The notes under the pieces: model-generated | Database searches by the model: none | What the model was told of the DNA's origin: nothing | Seen by the model: the letters and a program-made list of their open reading frames with translations, nothing else | Translations under genes and position numbers: made by a program | Part shown: positions 1 through 9,219 of the stretch, one piece after another | How the letters are laid out: each line of letters begins with the position of its first letter | Position numbering within the stretch: position 1 is the stretch's first letter | Source: a virus | Taxonomy: Duplodnaviria > Caudoviricetes | DNA length: 35,874 nt | IMG/VR virus record: IMGVR_UViG_3300017655_000015 | Span: 1 to 35,874 of that record | Direction: 5' to 3' (one strand)

Positions 1-1
1 A

Positions 2-43
2 CTGGTGACGCTGCGGGGCGAGTACCACCGCAAGTACGGGTGA
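2..43 (+). CDS. 3' end of a CDS truncated by the window edge (LVTLRGEYHRKYG*)
   Basis: Open frame from the window start with GC3-rich codons, ending TGA at 41-43 just before the promoter/terminator region. Confidence 0.45.
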   Translation: MVTLRGEYHRKYG

Positions 44-53
44 CCACGAGATC

Positions 54-82
54 TTGCCATTCTCCCCAAGCCGATGCATACA
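54..82 (+). promoter_or_regulatory. possible late promoter (pR'-like)
   Basis: TTGCCA, 17-nt spacer, CATACA; lies upstream of a terminator hairpin and the late operon; -10 is weak. Confidence 0.3.
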
Positions 83-142
83 CCTGCTATGCGGTCTGTA
101 CCGCCTGACGATCTCAGGCCCGGGCCGCTGCCCCCACGAGAG

Positions 143-168
143 GCCCGCCCTGACCCGGCGGGCTTTCT
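143..168 (+). terminator. intrinsic terminator-like hairpin at the head of the late operon
   Basis: GCCCGCC-ctgaccc-GGCGGGC followed by TTTCT. Confidence 0.6.
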
Positions 169-186
169 GCGTTTCTGGAGCCCACC

Positions 187-574
187 ATGTCCAAGAAGGC
201 CAAGCCGCACAGCATGAGCGGCCCCGAGACCCGTGACGTGCAGGACGCCACCGCAGGCGCGGACGCACCCGAGAGCCAGGCGGTGGAGCAGGTCGAGACG
301 GGCCAGGACGCGGTGCACCCCGACCTCGCAGGCGACCAGCCGGGGACGGACTTCCGGGCGCCGGAGGACCGCGGCGAGCTGTACGTGAGCGAGGGCGAGG
401 GGGGGTGAGGCCAAGCCGGTCGAGCGGGATGGGGTGGAGCCCGACTACAAGACCATCCTCGACGCGCTGCCCGAGCGGATCGCCACCCGGCTGGCGGACC
501 ACGGCGACCGGCTGCGGATGCGGACGGATGTCGAGCGGATCATCGGGGAGATGGTGGCGGAGGCCGCCGAGTAA
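187..574 (+). pseudogene. hypothetical protein interrupted by a +1 frameshift in a G7 tract (73 aa as written, about 128 aa if corrected)
   Basis: GGAG RBS and ATG at 187; TGA at 406-408 directly after G7 (399-405). The +1 frame continues with good codon usage (EAKPVERDGVEPDYKTILDALPERIATRLAD...EAAE*) to TAA at 572-574, 2 nt before the next ATG. Confidence 0.6.
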
Positions 575-576
575 GC

Positions 577-1485
577 ATGTCGGCTGCGGTCTCCACGTCT
601 CGGCCTTGGTCGAGCGAGGATGACGCGCGTCTGGTTGGGATGTTCAAGGCCGGGATGAAGTGGGCGGCCATAGCCCCTGAGATCGGACGGAGTGCTGGCG
701 CTTGCAGCGCGCGGATGTCTGCCATCGGGCCCAGCCTGGGGTTGCAGAAGCGGCAGCCGAGCAATCGTGAATGGCGCCCGGAAGGGCCGAAGAGCCGGGA
801 AGAGATCCTGGCTGACAAGCGGGCTTGGCGGGCCAAAAAGGCGAAGGAGAAGGGGCGCTTGACCCGTGAGGGGCTGTCCCATCCCGGGCCTCCGCCCAAG
901 CCTTTCTGTGTGAAGTTCTGGGGCAGGATTGCGGAGGCGAACGCGCTCAAGGCGTTCAGGCAGTGGAGGCGACAGAACCCACTGCCGAAGGCCGAGCGAG
1001 ATGAGGCCGCCTACTACCAAGCCCGCAAGGCAGCCGACCCTGAGGGGATGCGGTGGCGCGAGCGCCAGGCCAGGGCGAAGCGCAGGGCCAAGCTCAAGGG
1101 CGCGGTTACCTTGCAGATGGACAGCAGCGTCTACCATCGCTTGGTCACGCAGGCGGTCCATTGCGCCTACTGCGCAGGCATCCTGACCAAGGGCGTCCAC
1201 GGCTCGAAAGCGCTGCCGACTACGGCAGTGATCGACCATGTGATCCCCCTGGCCAAAGGCGGGGCACATGATGAGTTCAACCTGGCTGTGTGCTGCTGGG
1301 CCTGCAACTCGGCCAAGCGGTCCATGATGCCGGCGGTGTGGGCAGCGAGGCTGGAGCCTGACATGGCCGCTCGTGTTGTCGAGATCGGGCGGCGGGCGAT
1401 TACCAAGTCCAGGATCAATAGCGAGCGCGCATCGGCGGCGGTTAGGTCCGTTGTCCTTCATGCAGAGGCTTGCACTCCCGTCTAG
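577..1485 (+). CDS. HNH endonuclease with an N-terminal Myb/GcrA-like helix-turn-helix domain
   Basis: CAYC...IDHVIPLAKGGAHDEFNLAVCCWACNSAK is a typical HNH motif; N-terminal WSSEDDARL...KWAAIAPEIGRSAGACSAR is Myb-like; adjacent to cos and terminase. Confidence 0.85.
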   Translation: MSAAVSTSRPWSSEDDARLVGMFKAGMKWAAIAPEIGRSAGACSARMSAIGPSLGLQKRQPSNREWRPEGPKSREEILADKRAWRAKKAKEKGRLTREGLSHPGPPPKPFCVKFWGRIAEANALKAFRQWRRQNPLPKAERDEAAYYQARKAADPEGMRWRERQARAKRRAKLKGAVTLQMDSSVYHRLVTQAVHCAYCAGILTKGVHGSKALPTTAVIDHVIPLAKGGAHDEFNLAVCCWACNSAKRSMMPAVWAARLEPDMAARVVEIGRRAITKSRINSERASAAVRSVVLHAEACTPV

Positions 1486-1494
1486 GACTTATCC

Positions 1495-1556
1495 GGGTCC
1501 TGACCCTGGGATGGTGCCATGCGGGGGACGCGGGCCCCGGACTTTTCTAGCTATAA
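1495..1556 (+). promoter_or_regulatory. lambda-type cos packaging site (cosQ plus cosN-like)
   Basis: GGGTCCT (the lambda cosQ heptamer) at 1495-1501, then about 17 nt, then ATGCGGGGGACGCGGGCCCCGGACTTTTCTAGCTAT, which resembles lambda cosN and its flank; immediately upstream of terS. Confidence 0.7.
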
Positions 1557-1584
1557 ACTTTCCTAAAGGGGCGATAACAAGCAA

Positions 1585-2103
1585 ATGGCCAAGGGATCTA
1601 TTCTTAATAGGTCCGAGTTGGCCCGATTTTGCGGCGTTGCGCCCACGACGGTGGATGCCTGGCTCGCCGCGGGCTGCCCGCACTCCCGGAACGGCAAGAA
1701 CCTCGTCCTGAACAGTGCCGAGGTCGTCTCCTGGCTGCGCAAGCGCGCCGCCGAAGAGGGGACGGGCGAAGACAACCTCGATCTGGCCAAGGAACGGGCG
1801 CGGCTCGCCAGGGAACAGGCCGACAAGGCGGCCATCGGCAACGCCCGGCTGCGTGGCGAGCTTCTGCCGGCCGACGACGTGGTGACGGGCTGGGAAGGCG
1901 CCATCATCCGGTGCCGGGAACTGCTCATGACGATCCCGGCGGCCCTGACCGACGAGATCATGGGGCTGGCAATGGCCGGCGACGGGCCGGGCATCCGCGC
2001 CTTGCTGGACGATCGCATCTGCAGTGCGCTGCACGAGCTGGCGAATACTGAAATCGAGAGTGACGACGAAGATACGGACAGCGCACCGGGCGACGAAGGC
2101 TAG
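1585..2103 (+). CDS. terS: terminase small subunit (Nu1-like)
   Basis: N-terminal winged HTH (LNRSELARFCGVAPTTVDAWLAAGCP), coiled coil ERARLAREQAD...RGELL; directly upstream of terL. Confidence 0.9.
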   Translation: MAKGSILNRSELARFCGVAPTTVDAWLAAGCPHSRNGKNLVLNSAEVVSWLRKRAAEEGTGEDNLDLAKERARLAREQADKAAIGNARLRGELLPADDVVTGWEGAIIRCRELLMTIPAALTDEIMGLAMAGDGPGIRALLDDRICSALHELANTEIESDDEDTDSAPGDEG

Positions 2104-4048
2104 CCTTTCCCGTGCGCTAGGTGCGTTCAGGCCCCCGGATCGCGTCTCCGTCTCCGAATGGGCCTGCCGCCATGTGGTGCTGCCGCCGGAAGAGACGGCC
2201 ACGCCTGGTCGGTACCGGCTGACGCAGCATCGGTTCTGGGAGGAAGTGCTCGACGCCTGGGGCGACCCCGCCCTCGACGATGTGGCGATCAAGAAGTGCA
2301 GCCAGGTCGGCTGGACCACGCTGATCATGGCGATGATCGGCTATGCGGCGGACACCGACCCCGGCCGGATCATGATGGTCCTGCCCACGGTCGAGGATGC
2401 GGAGGACGCTTCCAAGGAACGGCTCGAGCCGCTGTTCGAGATCGCGCCGAAGTTCCGGGAGATGTTCGGGCTGCGCAAGTCGCGGACGGGCGCCAACACG
2501 ATCACCAGCAAGCGGTACCGCGGCGGCGTGCTCAAGCTGGTGGGCGCGAACGCGCCTCGAGCACTGGCAAGCCGGCCGGTCAAGTGGCTGCTGATGGACG
2601 AGGTGGGCCGCTTCCCGATGTCGGCCGGCAAGGAGGGCGATCCGGTCCAGCTTGCCCGCAAGCGCACGGACACATTCCGCCGCAAGCGCCTGGGCAAGCG
2701 GGCCTACGGGTCGTCGCCGGGTATGGAACGGTCCTGCCGGATCTCGGCGCTGTACGAGGAAGGCGACCGCCGGCTCTGGCTGACGCCTTGCCCGCACTGC
2801 AAGGCCGATCTCGACCTGGATTTCTTCAAGCACATCCACTGGGACAAGGACGAGAACGGCAAGCATCGGCCGGAGACGGCGGTGTGCGTCTGCGACCATT
2901 GCGGCGGCGTGATGAGCGACTGGGAGCGGGTGGCCGCGGTGCAGCGGGGCCGCTGGGTGGCACAGTCGCCTGAGAAGCCGATGCGGTCCTACTGGGTCAA
3001 GGGGCTGATGAGCCCTTCGGCCACGCACGTGGCCCTCGCCCGCAAGTGGCTGGCCTGCACCACGGAAGAGCAGCGGCAGACCTTCTACAACACCGAGCTT
3101 GGCGAGACCTGGCGGGAGCGCGGCGAGAAGCCCGACGCCGAGCGGCTGTATGAGCGGCGGGAGACCTACCAGCGGGGCATCGTGCCGGCCGGCGCCGGCA
3201 TCCTGACCCTGGGCGTGGACGTGCAGCGCGACCGGCTGGAGGCGACGGCGATCGCCTGGGGCCGCGGGCTGGAGAACTGGACGGTCGACCACTTTGTGCT
3301 GATGGGCGACCCTGACCGGGATGAGGTCTGGCTGCAGCTCGACGAACTGCGTGGGCGGCTCTGGGACAGCGAGGCCGGCGCCACCTTCCGGGTGGCGGCA
3401 ACCGGCATCGACTCCGGCGGCCTGAGCACGCAGCGGGTCTACGCCTACTGCATGTCCCGGCGGGACCGGTCGCTGTACGCCACCAAGGGTTCGTCGACCT
3501 TCATGGCGCCGATGTGGCCGCAGCGTCCGCCCAAGCGGAAGAACGGCACGCAGGTCTGGGGCTGGAACAAGCCGGTCGAGATCGGGGTGAGCCTGATCAA
3601 GCGGGAACTGCACGCGGCGCTGAGCCTGCCCAAGCCGGAGCCGGGCGTCCCGGCGCCGCGCTACTGCCATTTCCCCGAGCTCGACCGCGAGCACTTCGAG
3701 CAGCTGACTGCCGAGGAAGAGATCACCCGCAAGGACACGCGGGGGTTCTCGCATCGGGCCTGGCACCTGACCCGGGCGCGCAACGAGGCTCTGGACACCT
3801 GGGCAATCAACCGTGCGCTGGCCGAGATGCTTGGCTTGGCGCGCTGGTCGGATCGGCAGTGGGATGCAGCGGTCGGCAAGGCAGCGCCTGACCAGCCTCC
3901 GCCGCCGTCGGAAACTCGCGTCCGCCCCTCGATGCAGGCCGAGCCGCCTCGTCGCGACGATGCGCCACCCACCCGGCCGCCCCCGCAGATGTCCGCTCGT
4001 GAACGGTCCCGGTTTGCCCGCCGCGTCGTCGGCCAGGGAGGGTTGTAA
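2060..4048 (+). CDS. terL: terminase large subunit (lambda GpA family)
   Basis: Walker A-like KCSQVGWTT, Walker B LLMDEVGR, EGDPV.LA.KRT, PCPHC zinc motif, LTLGVDVQRDR, RNEALD. Start uncertain: ORF is open from 2024, GTG at 2060 chosen. Confidence 0.95.
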   Translation: MTTKIRTAHRATKASLSRALGAFRPPDRVSVSEWACRHVVLPPEETATPGRYRLTQHRFWEEVLDAWGDPALDDVAIKKCSQVGWTTLIMAMIGYAADTDPGRIMMVLPTVEDAEDASKERLEPLFEIAPKFREMFGLRKSRTGANTITSKRYRGGVLKLVGANAPRALASRPVKWLLMDEVGRFPMSAGKEGDPVQLARKRTDTFRRKRLGKRAYGSSPGMERSCRISALYEEGDRRLWLTPCPHCKADLDLDFFKHIHWDKDENGKHRPETAVCVCDHCGGVMSDWERVAAVQRGRWVAQSPEKPMRSYWVKGLMSPSATHVALARKWLACTTEEQRQTFYNTELGETWRERGEKPDAERLYERRETYQRGIVPAGAGILTLGVDVQRDRLEATAIAWGRGLENWTVDHFVLMGDPDRDEVWLQLDELRGRLWDSEAGATFRVAATGIDSGGLSTQRVYAYCMSRRDRSLYATKGSSTFMAPMWPQRPPKRKNGTQVWGWNKPVEIGVSLIKRELHAALSLPKPEPGVPAPRYCHFPELDREHFEQLTAEEEITRKDTRGFSHRAWHLTRARNEALDTWAINRALAEMLGLARWSDRQWDAAVGKAAPDQPPPPSETRVRPSMQAEPPRRDDAPPTRPPPQMSARERSRFARRVVGQGGL

Positions 4049-4275
4049 TGGCTACGCTCTCCGAACTGCAGGCCCAGCGGGCGGCTCTGGCGAACTCGAT
4101 CGCCTCGGGATCCCAGGAAGTGCGGGACCAATTCGGCCGGTACATCAAGTACCGATCCCTCGACGAGATGCGCTCGATCCTGTCCGACTTGGATAGCCAG
4201 ATCGGGGCGCTTGCAGTGTCTCCTGTCCGGCGTACCCGGGCCGTGAAGCTCGTCTACGGCGGCCGGGACTACTGA
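4048..4275 (+). CDS. head-tail joining protein (gpW-like)
   Basis: 75 aa between terL and portal, IKYRSLDEMR motif, overlapping stop/start codons on both sides. Confidence 0.85.
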   Translation: MATLSELQAQRAALANSIASGSQEVRDQFGRYIKYRSLDEMRSILSDLDSQIGALAVSPVRRTRAVKLVYGGRDY

Positions 4276-5810
4276 TGAGCGCCAAGCCCCGGATCCGAGT
4301 ACAGGTCAAAGGCCAGCGGATTACCGATGAGCGCGCCCGCGAACTGATGGCGCCGAAGCCGACCAACGTGGTCCCATTCCCCGCCGCGGCCCGCCCGCGC
4401 AACGACTTCGACGCGACCAAGAGTCACCGACGGCTCAAGTCCTGGCAGCCAACCGGGACGAACCTCAACGAGCTTCTGGCGAGCGGCGGCGATCAGCTGG
4501 TGCGCCGGTCGCGCGACTTGGTGCGCAACAACGGCTATGCGGCGAACGGCAAGGAAGCATTCACGGCATCGGCGGTCGGCGCCGGCATCAAGCCTGCCAG
4601 CATGCACCCGGACAAGGAGGTCCGCCGGCTGCTTGGCGAGGCGTTCTACCGCTGGACGGATGAAAGCGATGCAGACGGCCTGACCGACTGGTACGGCCAG
4701 CAGGCGATGGTGGCGGGGGCGCTCTACGAGGCCGGCGAGATGTTCGCCCGTTTCCGACCGCGGCGCAGCGAAGACGGCCTGTCCGTGCCGCTTCAGGTCC
4801 AGTTGCTCGAAAGCGAGATGCTGCCCTGGGACAAGCGTGCCGACCAGCCGAAGATCCGGAACGGCATCGAGTTCTCCCCGATCGGCAAGCGGTCGACGTA
4901 CCACTTCTACGCCGAACACCCCGGCTCCGGCGACTTCGGCGCCGCACTGGAGCGCCCGGTCAGCGCCAGCGAGGTCGCGCACGTCTTCAAGCCGATCCGG
5001 CCCGGCCAGATCCGCGGCGTGCCGTGGCTCACCCCGGCCATGATCATGCTCCGCTTCCTGGGCGACTACGACGACGCGGAACTGGCTCGCAAGCAGGCGG
5101 CAGCACTGTTCGCAGGCTTTATCACCGAGACCGACCGGGCCTTCTTCGGCGACGACTACGAGAGCGATCCGGACGACGATTCGGTGCTGGCCCCGGTCAC
5201 GCCGATGACGTTCCACAAGCTCCGGCCCGGCGAGGACATCAAGTTCAGCGAGCCCGGTGACGTCGGGCAGCAATACGAGGCGTTCCAGTACCGCACGCTG
5301 TGCCAGATCTGCGCGGCGCTCGGCATCCCTTACCACCTGGTCACGGGTGACCTGCGGCAGGTCAACTATTCCAGCATTCGGGCCGGTATCGTCGACTTCA
5401 AGCGGCGGATCGAGCAGGTCCAGCACGGCGTCCTGGTGTTCCAGTTCTGCCGTCCGACCTGGGATCGCTGGGTGCCACTAGCCATGCAGAGCGTGCCCGA
5501 ACTCCTGCCGTACCTGCCGGCCTACTTGAAGGACCCGAAGCCGTTCCATGCCGTGCGGTGGAAGACGCCGCGCTGGGAATGGGTCGACCCGCTCAAGGAC
5601 CTGAAGGCCGAGCAGCTTGCGGTCGAGATGCGCGTGAAGGCTCGCAGCGACGTGATCGACGAGATGGGCGAGGACCCCGAAGTGGTCGATGCCCGGATCA
5701 AGGCCGACCAGGACCGGGCCGAAGCGCTCGGCATCGTGATCGAGTCCTCGCAGGTGCAGCCCGATCCAGAACCGCCGGAAGCCGCTCCGGCCCCGGCCCA
5801 GAGAGACTGA
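4275..5810 (+). CDS. portal protein, lambda family
   Basis: RSRDLVRNN, RPGQIRGVPWL, LTGD-like VTGDLRQVNYSSIRAG, WEWVDPLKD motifs. Confidence 0.95.
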   Translation: MSAKPRIRVQVKGQRITDERARELMAPKPTNVVPFPAAARPRNDFDATKSHRRLKSWQPTGTNLNELLASGGDQLVRRSRDLVRNNGYAANGKEAFTASAVGAGIKPASMHPDKEVRRLLGEAFYRWTDESDADGLTDWYGQQAMVAGALYEAGEMFARFRPRRSEDGLSVPLQVQLLESEMLPWDKRADQPKIRNGIEFSPIGKRSTYHFYAEHPGSGDFGAALERPVSASEVAHVFKPIRPGQIRGVPWLTPAMIMLRFLGDYDDAELARKQAAALFAGFITETDRAFFGDDYESDPDDDSVLAPVTPMTFHKLRPGEDIKFSEPGDVGQQYEAFQYRTLCQICAALGIPYHLVTGDLRQVNYSSIRAGIVDFKRRIEQVQHGVLVFQFCRPTWDRWVPLAMQSVPELLPYLPAYLKDPKPFHAVRWKTPRWEWVDPLKDLKAEQLAVEMRVKARSDVIDEMGEDPEVVDARIKADQDRAEALGIVIESSQVQPDPEPPEAAPAPAQRD

Positions 5811-5811
5811 T

Positions 5812-6834
5812 ATGGCCAAGCGACGTTGGTTCGAGGCTCGCGCCACAGGCGAACGGGCCGCCGAAGTCATGATCTATGACGACATCGGCATGTGGGGCCT
5901 CCGCGCCAAGGACTTCATCGAGGAGGTGAAGGCGCTGGGCGACCTCGACAAGATCACTGTCGGGATCAACAGCTATGGCGGCGAAGTCTTCGACGGCCTG
6001 GCAATCTACAACTTCCTGAATCGCCAGAAGGGCGAGGTGGTCATCCGCGTGGATGGGCTGGCCGCGTCGATCGCCAGCGTGATCGCGATGGCTGGCGACG
6101 AGATCATCATGCCCGAGAACGCCATGATGATGATCCATGATCCGTCCGGCCTCGTCTGGGGCAGGGCGGATGACATGCGCGAGATGGCCGACGTCCTGGA
6201 TAAGATGAAGGGCTCGCTCATCTCCGCCTACCGCGACAAGAGCGGCATGGAAGACGAAGAGATCGCACAGCTTATGCGGAACGAAACGTGGCTGGACGCT
6301 GCCGACGCCAAGAAGCGCGGCTTGGCCGACACGATCTCGAAGCCCGTCAGCATCACCAATCGCGCCGATCTCGGCGACCGCTTTTCCAACGTCCCGGCCG
6401 CCCTGGCCTGTGTGGACGGACCCCGCGGGGAATCTGCGGACCCACCTGCCAGCGAGGACATCATGGCAGACGACAAGAAGACGCCCCCGGCCGACGGCGC
6501 AAAGCCGGCCGATCTCGACGCGGCCATTGCCGAGGCGACCGCCAAGGCGAATGCCCGTGCCAGCCAGATCACCGCGCTGGCCACGATGGCCCATCGCGCT
6601 GGCTACGCGAACGCGATCGCCGACGCCACGGCTCTCATCGCGTCCAGCAAGGACATGGCCGAGATCCAGGCGCACTTCCTGGACAAGTCGGCTCGCGCCG
6701 AAGGCGAGGAGATCGACAACAAGCACGACGCCAGCCAGCCCCGCAACGACGGCAAGGCCGGCGGATACGGCAAGGCCAAGGCGTGGGGCGATCTCTACGC
6801 CAACATCGGCGCGCGCAACGGCCTGAAGTCCTGA
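5812..6834 (+). CDS. ClpP-like head maturation protease with C-terminal scaffold region
   Basis: INSYGGEVFDG, DGLAASIASVI (catalytic Ser), MMIHDP, ETWL; low-complexity helical C-terminus. Confidence 0.92.
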   Translation: MAKRRWFEARATGERAAEVMIYDDIGMWGLRAKDFIEEVKALGDLDKITVGINSYGGEVFDGLAIYNFLNRQKGEVVIRVDGLAASIASVIAMAGDEIIMPENAMMMIHDPSGLVWGRADDMREMADVLDKMKGSLISAYRDKSGMEDEEIAQLMRNETWLDAADAKKRGLADTISKPVSITNRADLGDRFSNVPAALACVDGPRGESADPPASEDIMADDKKTPPADGAKPADLDAAIAEATAKANARASQITALATMAHRAGYANAIADATALIASSKDMAEIQAHFLDKSARAEGEEIDNKHDASQPRNDGKAGGYGKAKAWGDLYANIGARNGLKS

Positions 6835-6844
6835 GGAGCGGGCA

Positions 6845-7495
6845 ATGACCACCTTCACCGAAACCCTGGGCATGCGAGCCGGCGAGTTCCTCGTCTCCGA
6901 GGCGAACGGCCACCGCTCGCGTGAGCACATCCTGATCCCGGAGAACCAGACGCTCGTGGCCGGGCAGGTGCTGGGCAAGATCACCACGGGCGCTGCCACC
7001 GCGGGTGCCGTGGTGGGGACTGGCAATGGCACCATGGGCGCCATCACGCTGGGCAAGAACGCGAAGCCCGGCGTTTACACGCTGCGCATCACCGAGGCGG
7101 CAGCCAATGCCGGCGCCTTCGAGGTCACCGACCCCGATGGCGACGTGGTGGGTACGGGCAACGTCGGCTCGGCTTTCACGAGCTCGCACCTGAGCTTCAC
7201 GCTGGCCGACGGGTCGACCGACTTTGCCGCCGGAGCGACCATCCCGATCACGGTAGCGGCCGGGCTGGGCACCTACGTGCCCCTCGCTCCGTCGGCCACC
7301 AACGGTTCGCAGATCGCCGCCGCCATCCTCTGGGAGAAGCGGACCACCGGCGCTGGCGAAACCAAGCGCGCGGTCGGCATCGTCCGTGACGCCGAGTTCA
7401 ACGCCGATCTCATCACCTGGCCGGAGGGAATCTCCGGCGGGGACAAGACCACCGCGCTCGCGCAGCTCGCCGCTGCCGGCCTGACCCCGCGCTGA
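6845..7495 (+). CDS. head decoration protein (gpD-like) with internal beta-rich insertion
   Basis: GEFLVSEANGHRSRE...AGQVLGKIT and NGSQIAAAILW...RDAEFNADLITWP; sits between protease and capsid. Confidence 0.85.
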   Translation: MTTFTETLGMRAGEFLVSEANGHRSREHILIPENQTLVAGQVLGKITTGAATAGAVVGTGNGTMGAITLGKNAKPGVYTLRITEAAANAGAFEVTDPDGDVVGTGNVGSAFTSSHLSFTLADGSTDFAAGATIPITVAAGLGTYVPLAPSATNGSQIAAAILWEKRTTGAGETKRAVGIVRDAEFNADLITWPEGISGGDKTTALAQLAAAGLTPR

Positions 7496-7508
7496 GGAGG
7501 CCGGACCC

Positions 7509-8534
7509 ATGGCAACGATGGACATCTTCAACGACGACGCCTTCTCCGCCGTCAACATGACCGACGCGGTGGACAAGATCCCCTATGCGCCGAGTTGGCT
7601 CGGCTCGCTCGGGATCTTCACCCCCCGACCGGTCGAGACCACCGACGTCGCGATCGAGCGACGCAGTGGCCGGCTGGAGCTGATCCCCACCTCCGAGCGC
7701 GGGGGGCCGCTGGTCGAGGGCAACCCGATCCGGCGCGACATCCGGTCGTTCCGGGCGCCGCGGATCGCCAAGGGCGAGACCCTGCAGGCGGCCAGCATCC
7801 AGAACGTGCGGGCGTTTGGTCGCGAGAGCGAACTGGAGCAGGTCCAGGCCAAGGTGGCGGAGATCAATGCCCGGACCATGGCCGACATGGAACTGACCTG
7901 GGAGCACATGCGCTTGGGTGCTGTCCAGGGCGTGGTGGCAGACGCCGATGGTTCCACCCTGTTCGACTGGTTCGACGCATGGGGCATCTCTCCGCCGGCC
8001 GAGATCGACTTCGACCTCGACAACCCGAGCCCGGCCTCGGGCGCACTGAAGCAGGCGTGCAACGATGTCATCCGCACCATGGTGCGGGCCGGCATGGGGG
8101 CGGTGACCACCACCACCCGCATCATCGGCCTCGCCGGCGACGACTTCTACGACTCCTTCACGAACCACTCCGAAGTTCGGGCGACCTACCTGAACCAGGC
8201 CGAGGCTTCCGACCTCCGGAACAACAACTCGCCGTTCACGACCTTCCGGTTCGGCGGGATCGACTGGATCAACTATCGCGGCACCGACGACAACAGCACC
8301 GTCGCCGTCGGCACCGACAAGGTGAAGTTCTTCCCGGTGGGGGCACCTGGCGTGTTCCAGGTGGCCTATGCTCCCGGCGAGAGCTTCGACTTCGTGAACC
8401 GGCCCGGTCGTCCGGTCTACAATATCCTGGTCAAGGATCAGGATCGCAACTTCTGGGTTCGCCCGGAGCTGTACAGCTATCCGCTGTTCTACTGCACGCG
8501 GCCGGAGATGCTGGCCCGCGGGAAGATGACCTGA
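7509..8534 (+). CDS. major capsid protein (lambda gpE family)
   Basis: MDIFNDDAFS, TWEHMRLGAVQG, FGGI.W.NYRG, C-terminal YSYPLFYCTRP; strong GAGGAGG RBS. Confidence 0.93.
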   Translation: MATMDIFNDDAFSAVNMTDAVDKIPYAPSWLGSLGIFTPRPVETTDVAIERRSGRLELIPTSERGGPLVEGNPIRRDIRSFRAPRIAKGETLQAASIQNVRAFGRESELEQVQAKVAEINARTMADMELTWEHMRLGAVQGVVADADGSTLFDWFDAWGISPPAEIDFDLDNPSPASGALKQACNDVIRTMVRAGMGAVTTTTRIIGLAGDDFYDSFTNHSEVRATYLNQAEASDLRNNNSPFTTFRFGGIDWINYRGTDDNSTVAVGTDKVKFFPVGAPGVFQVAYAPGESFDFVNRPGRPVYNILVKDQDRNFWVRPELYSYPLFYCTRPEMLARGKMT

Positions 8535-8561
8535 TCGGCCATCTTCATTGACCGCTGACGC

Positions 8562-8590
8562 GGGGCGCCCGAAGGCGCCCTTCGTCGTTT
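8562..8590 (+). terminator. terminator after the major capsid gene
   Basis: GGGGCGCC-cgaa-GGCGCCCT followed by TCGTCGTTT. Confidence 0.6.
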
Positions 8591-8602
8591 CTGGAGACGC
8601 CG

Positions 8603-8905
8603 ATGTCCCTGCACAGCTTCAGCGGCAGCTTGATCGACTACGACTTCGCGTCGTTGGTCGTGCTCGACGCCGTTACTGGAAGCGCAGTGGCCACCGGCGT
8701 CATCACCGCCGGCCTCGTCCTGGTCGTGCCCGAGACCGCCGTGTGGCTGGTCGAGGATCCGGAGATCGAGGCTTCGGCGGAGACCGGTATCCTGCTGGCG
8801 CCTGGCGAGAAATTCGACCTAATCGTCTCCGAAGGCGGGCGTGTGAGTGTGCGCGCGGTCGACCAGGACGGCCCGGTCAAGATTCTTCCGGCGCGGCGCT
8901 CGTGA
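8603..8905 (+). CDS. hypothetical virion-region protein
   Basis: GGAG RBS, 100 aa, stop overlaps the next start (GTGA). Confidence 0.7.
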   Translation: MSLHSFSGSLIDYDFASLVVLDAVTGSAVATGVITAGLVLVVPETAVWLVEDPEIEASAETGILLAPGEKFDLIVSEGGRVSVRAVDQDGPVKILPARRS

Positions 8906-9219
8906 GCCCCTTCGAGGCCATGCTGGGCACGTTCTTCAACGGCGCCTTGTCGGCAGCAGTCACCTACACCCCGCAGGGCGGCGAGCCCGTCCAGGTCCGC
9001 GCATCGGTGGGCATCGTCGACCCGGTGATGGGCCCGGTGCGCGGCACCATGCTCCAGGCCAAGATCCTGAGCTTCGACTTCCTGCGCTCGGAACTGCCCA
9101 CGGCACCCAAGCGCGGCGACACGATCGCCTACAACGGCGAGGTTTTCGGTGTGGCCGGGCCTGCCGAGCCGGACGCAGACGGGCTGGTCTGGCGGGTGCG
9201 GGCGAACCGCGGTGGCTAA
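8902..9219 (+). CDS. head-tail joining/closure protein (gpFII-like)
   Basis: GTG start overlapping the previous stop; AVTYTPQGG...PKRGDTI...W motif; position in the neck cluster. Confidence 0.75.
   Translation: MSPFEAMLGTFFNGALSAAVTYTPQGGEPVQVRASVGIVDPVMGPVRGTMLQAKILSFDFLRSELPTAPKRGDTIAYNGEVFGVAGPAEPDADGLVWRVRANRGG

Noticed and set aside
405-623. 72-aa ORF from the track as an independent gene
   Set aside because: Arg/Ser-rich and poorly coded; the better-coded frame here is the +1 continuation of the gene starting at 187
2117-3766. Long minus-strand ORFs (also 445-1461, 5698-7056, 8960-10360, 17048-19285, 32551-34104)
   Set aside because: Antisense shadows of high-GC genes; no recognisable motifs and fully overlapping clear + strand genes
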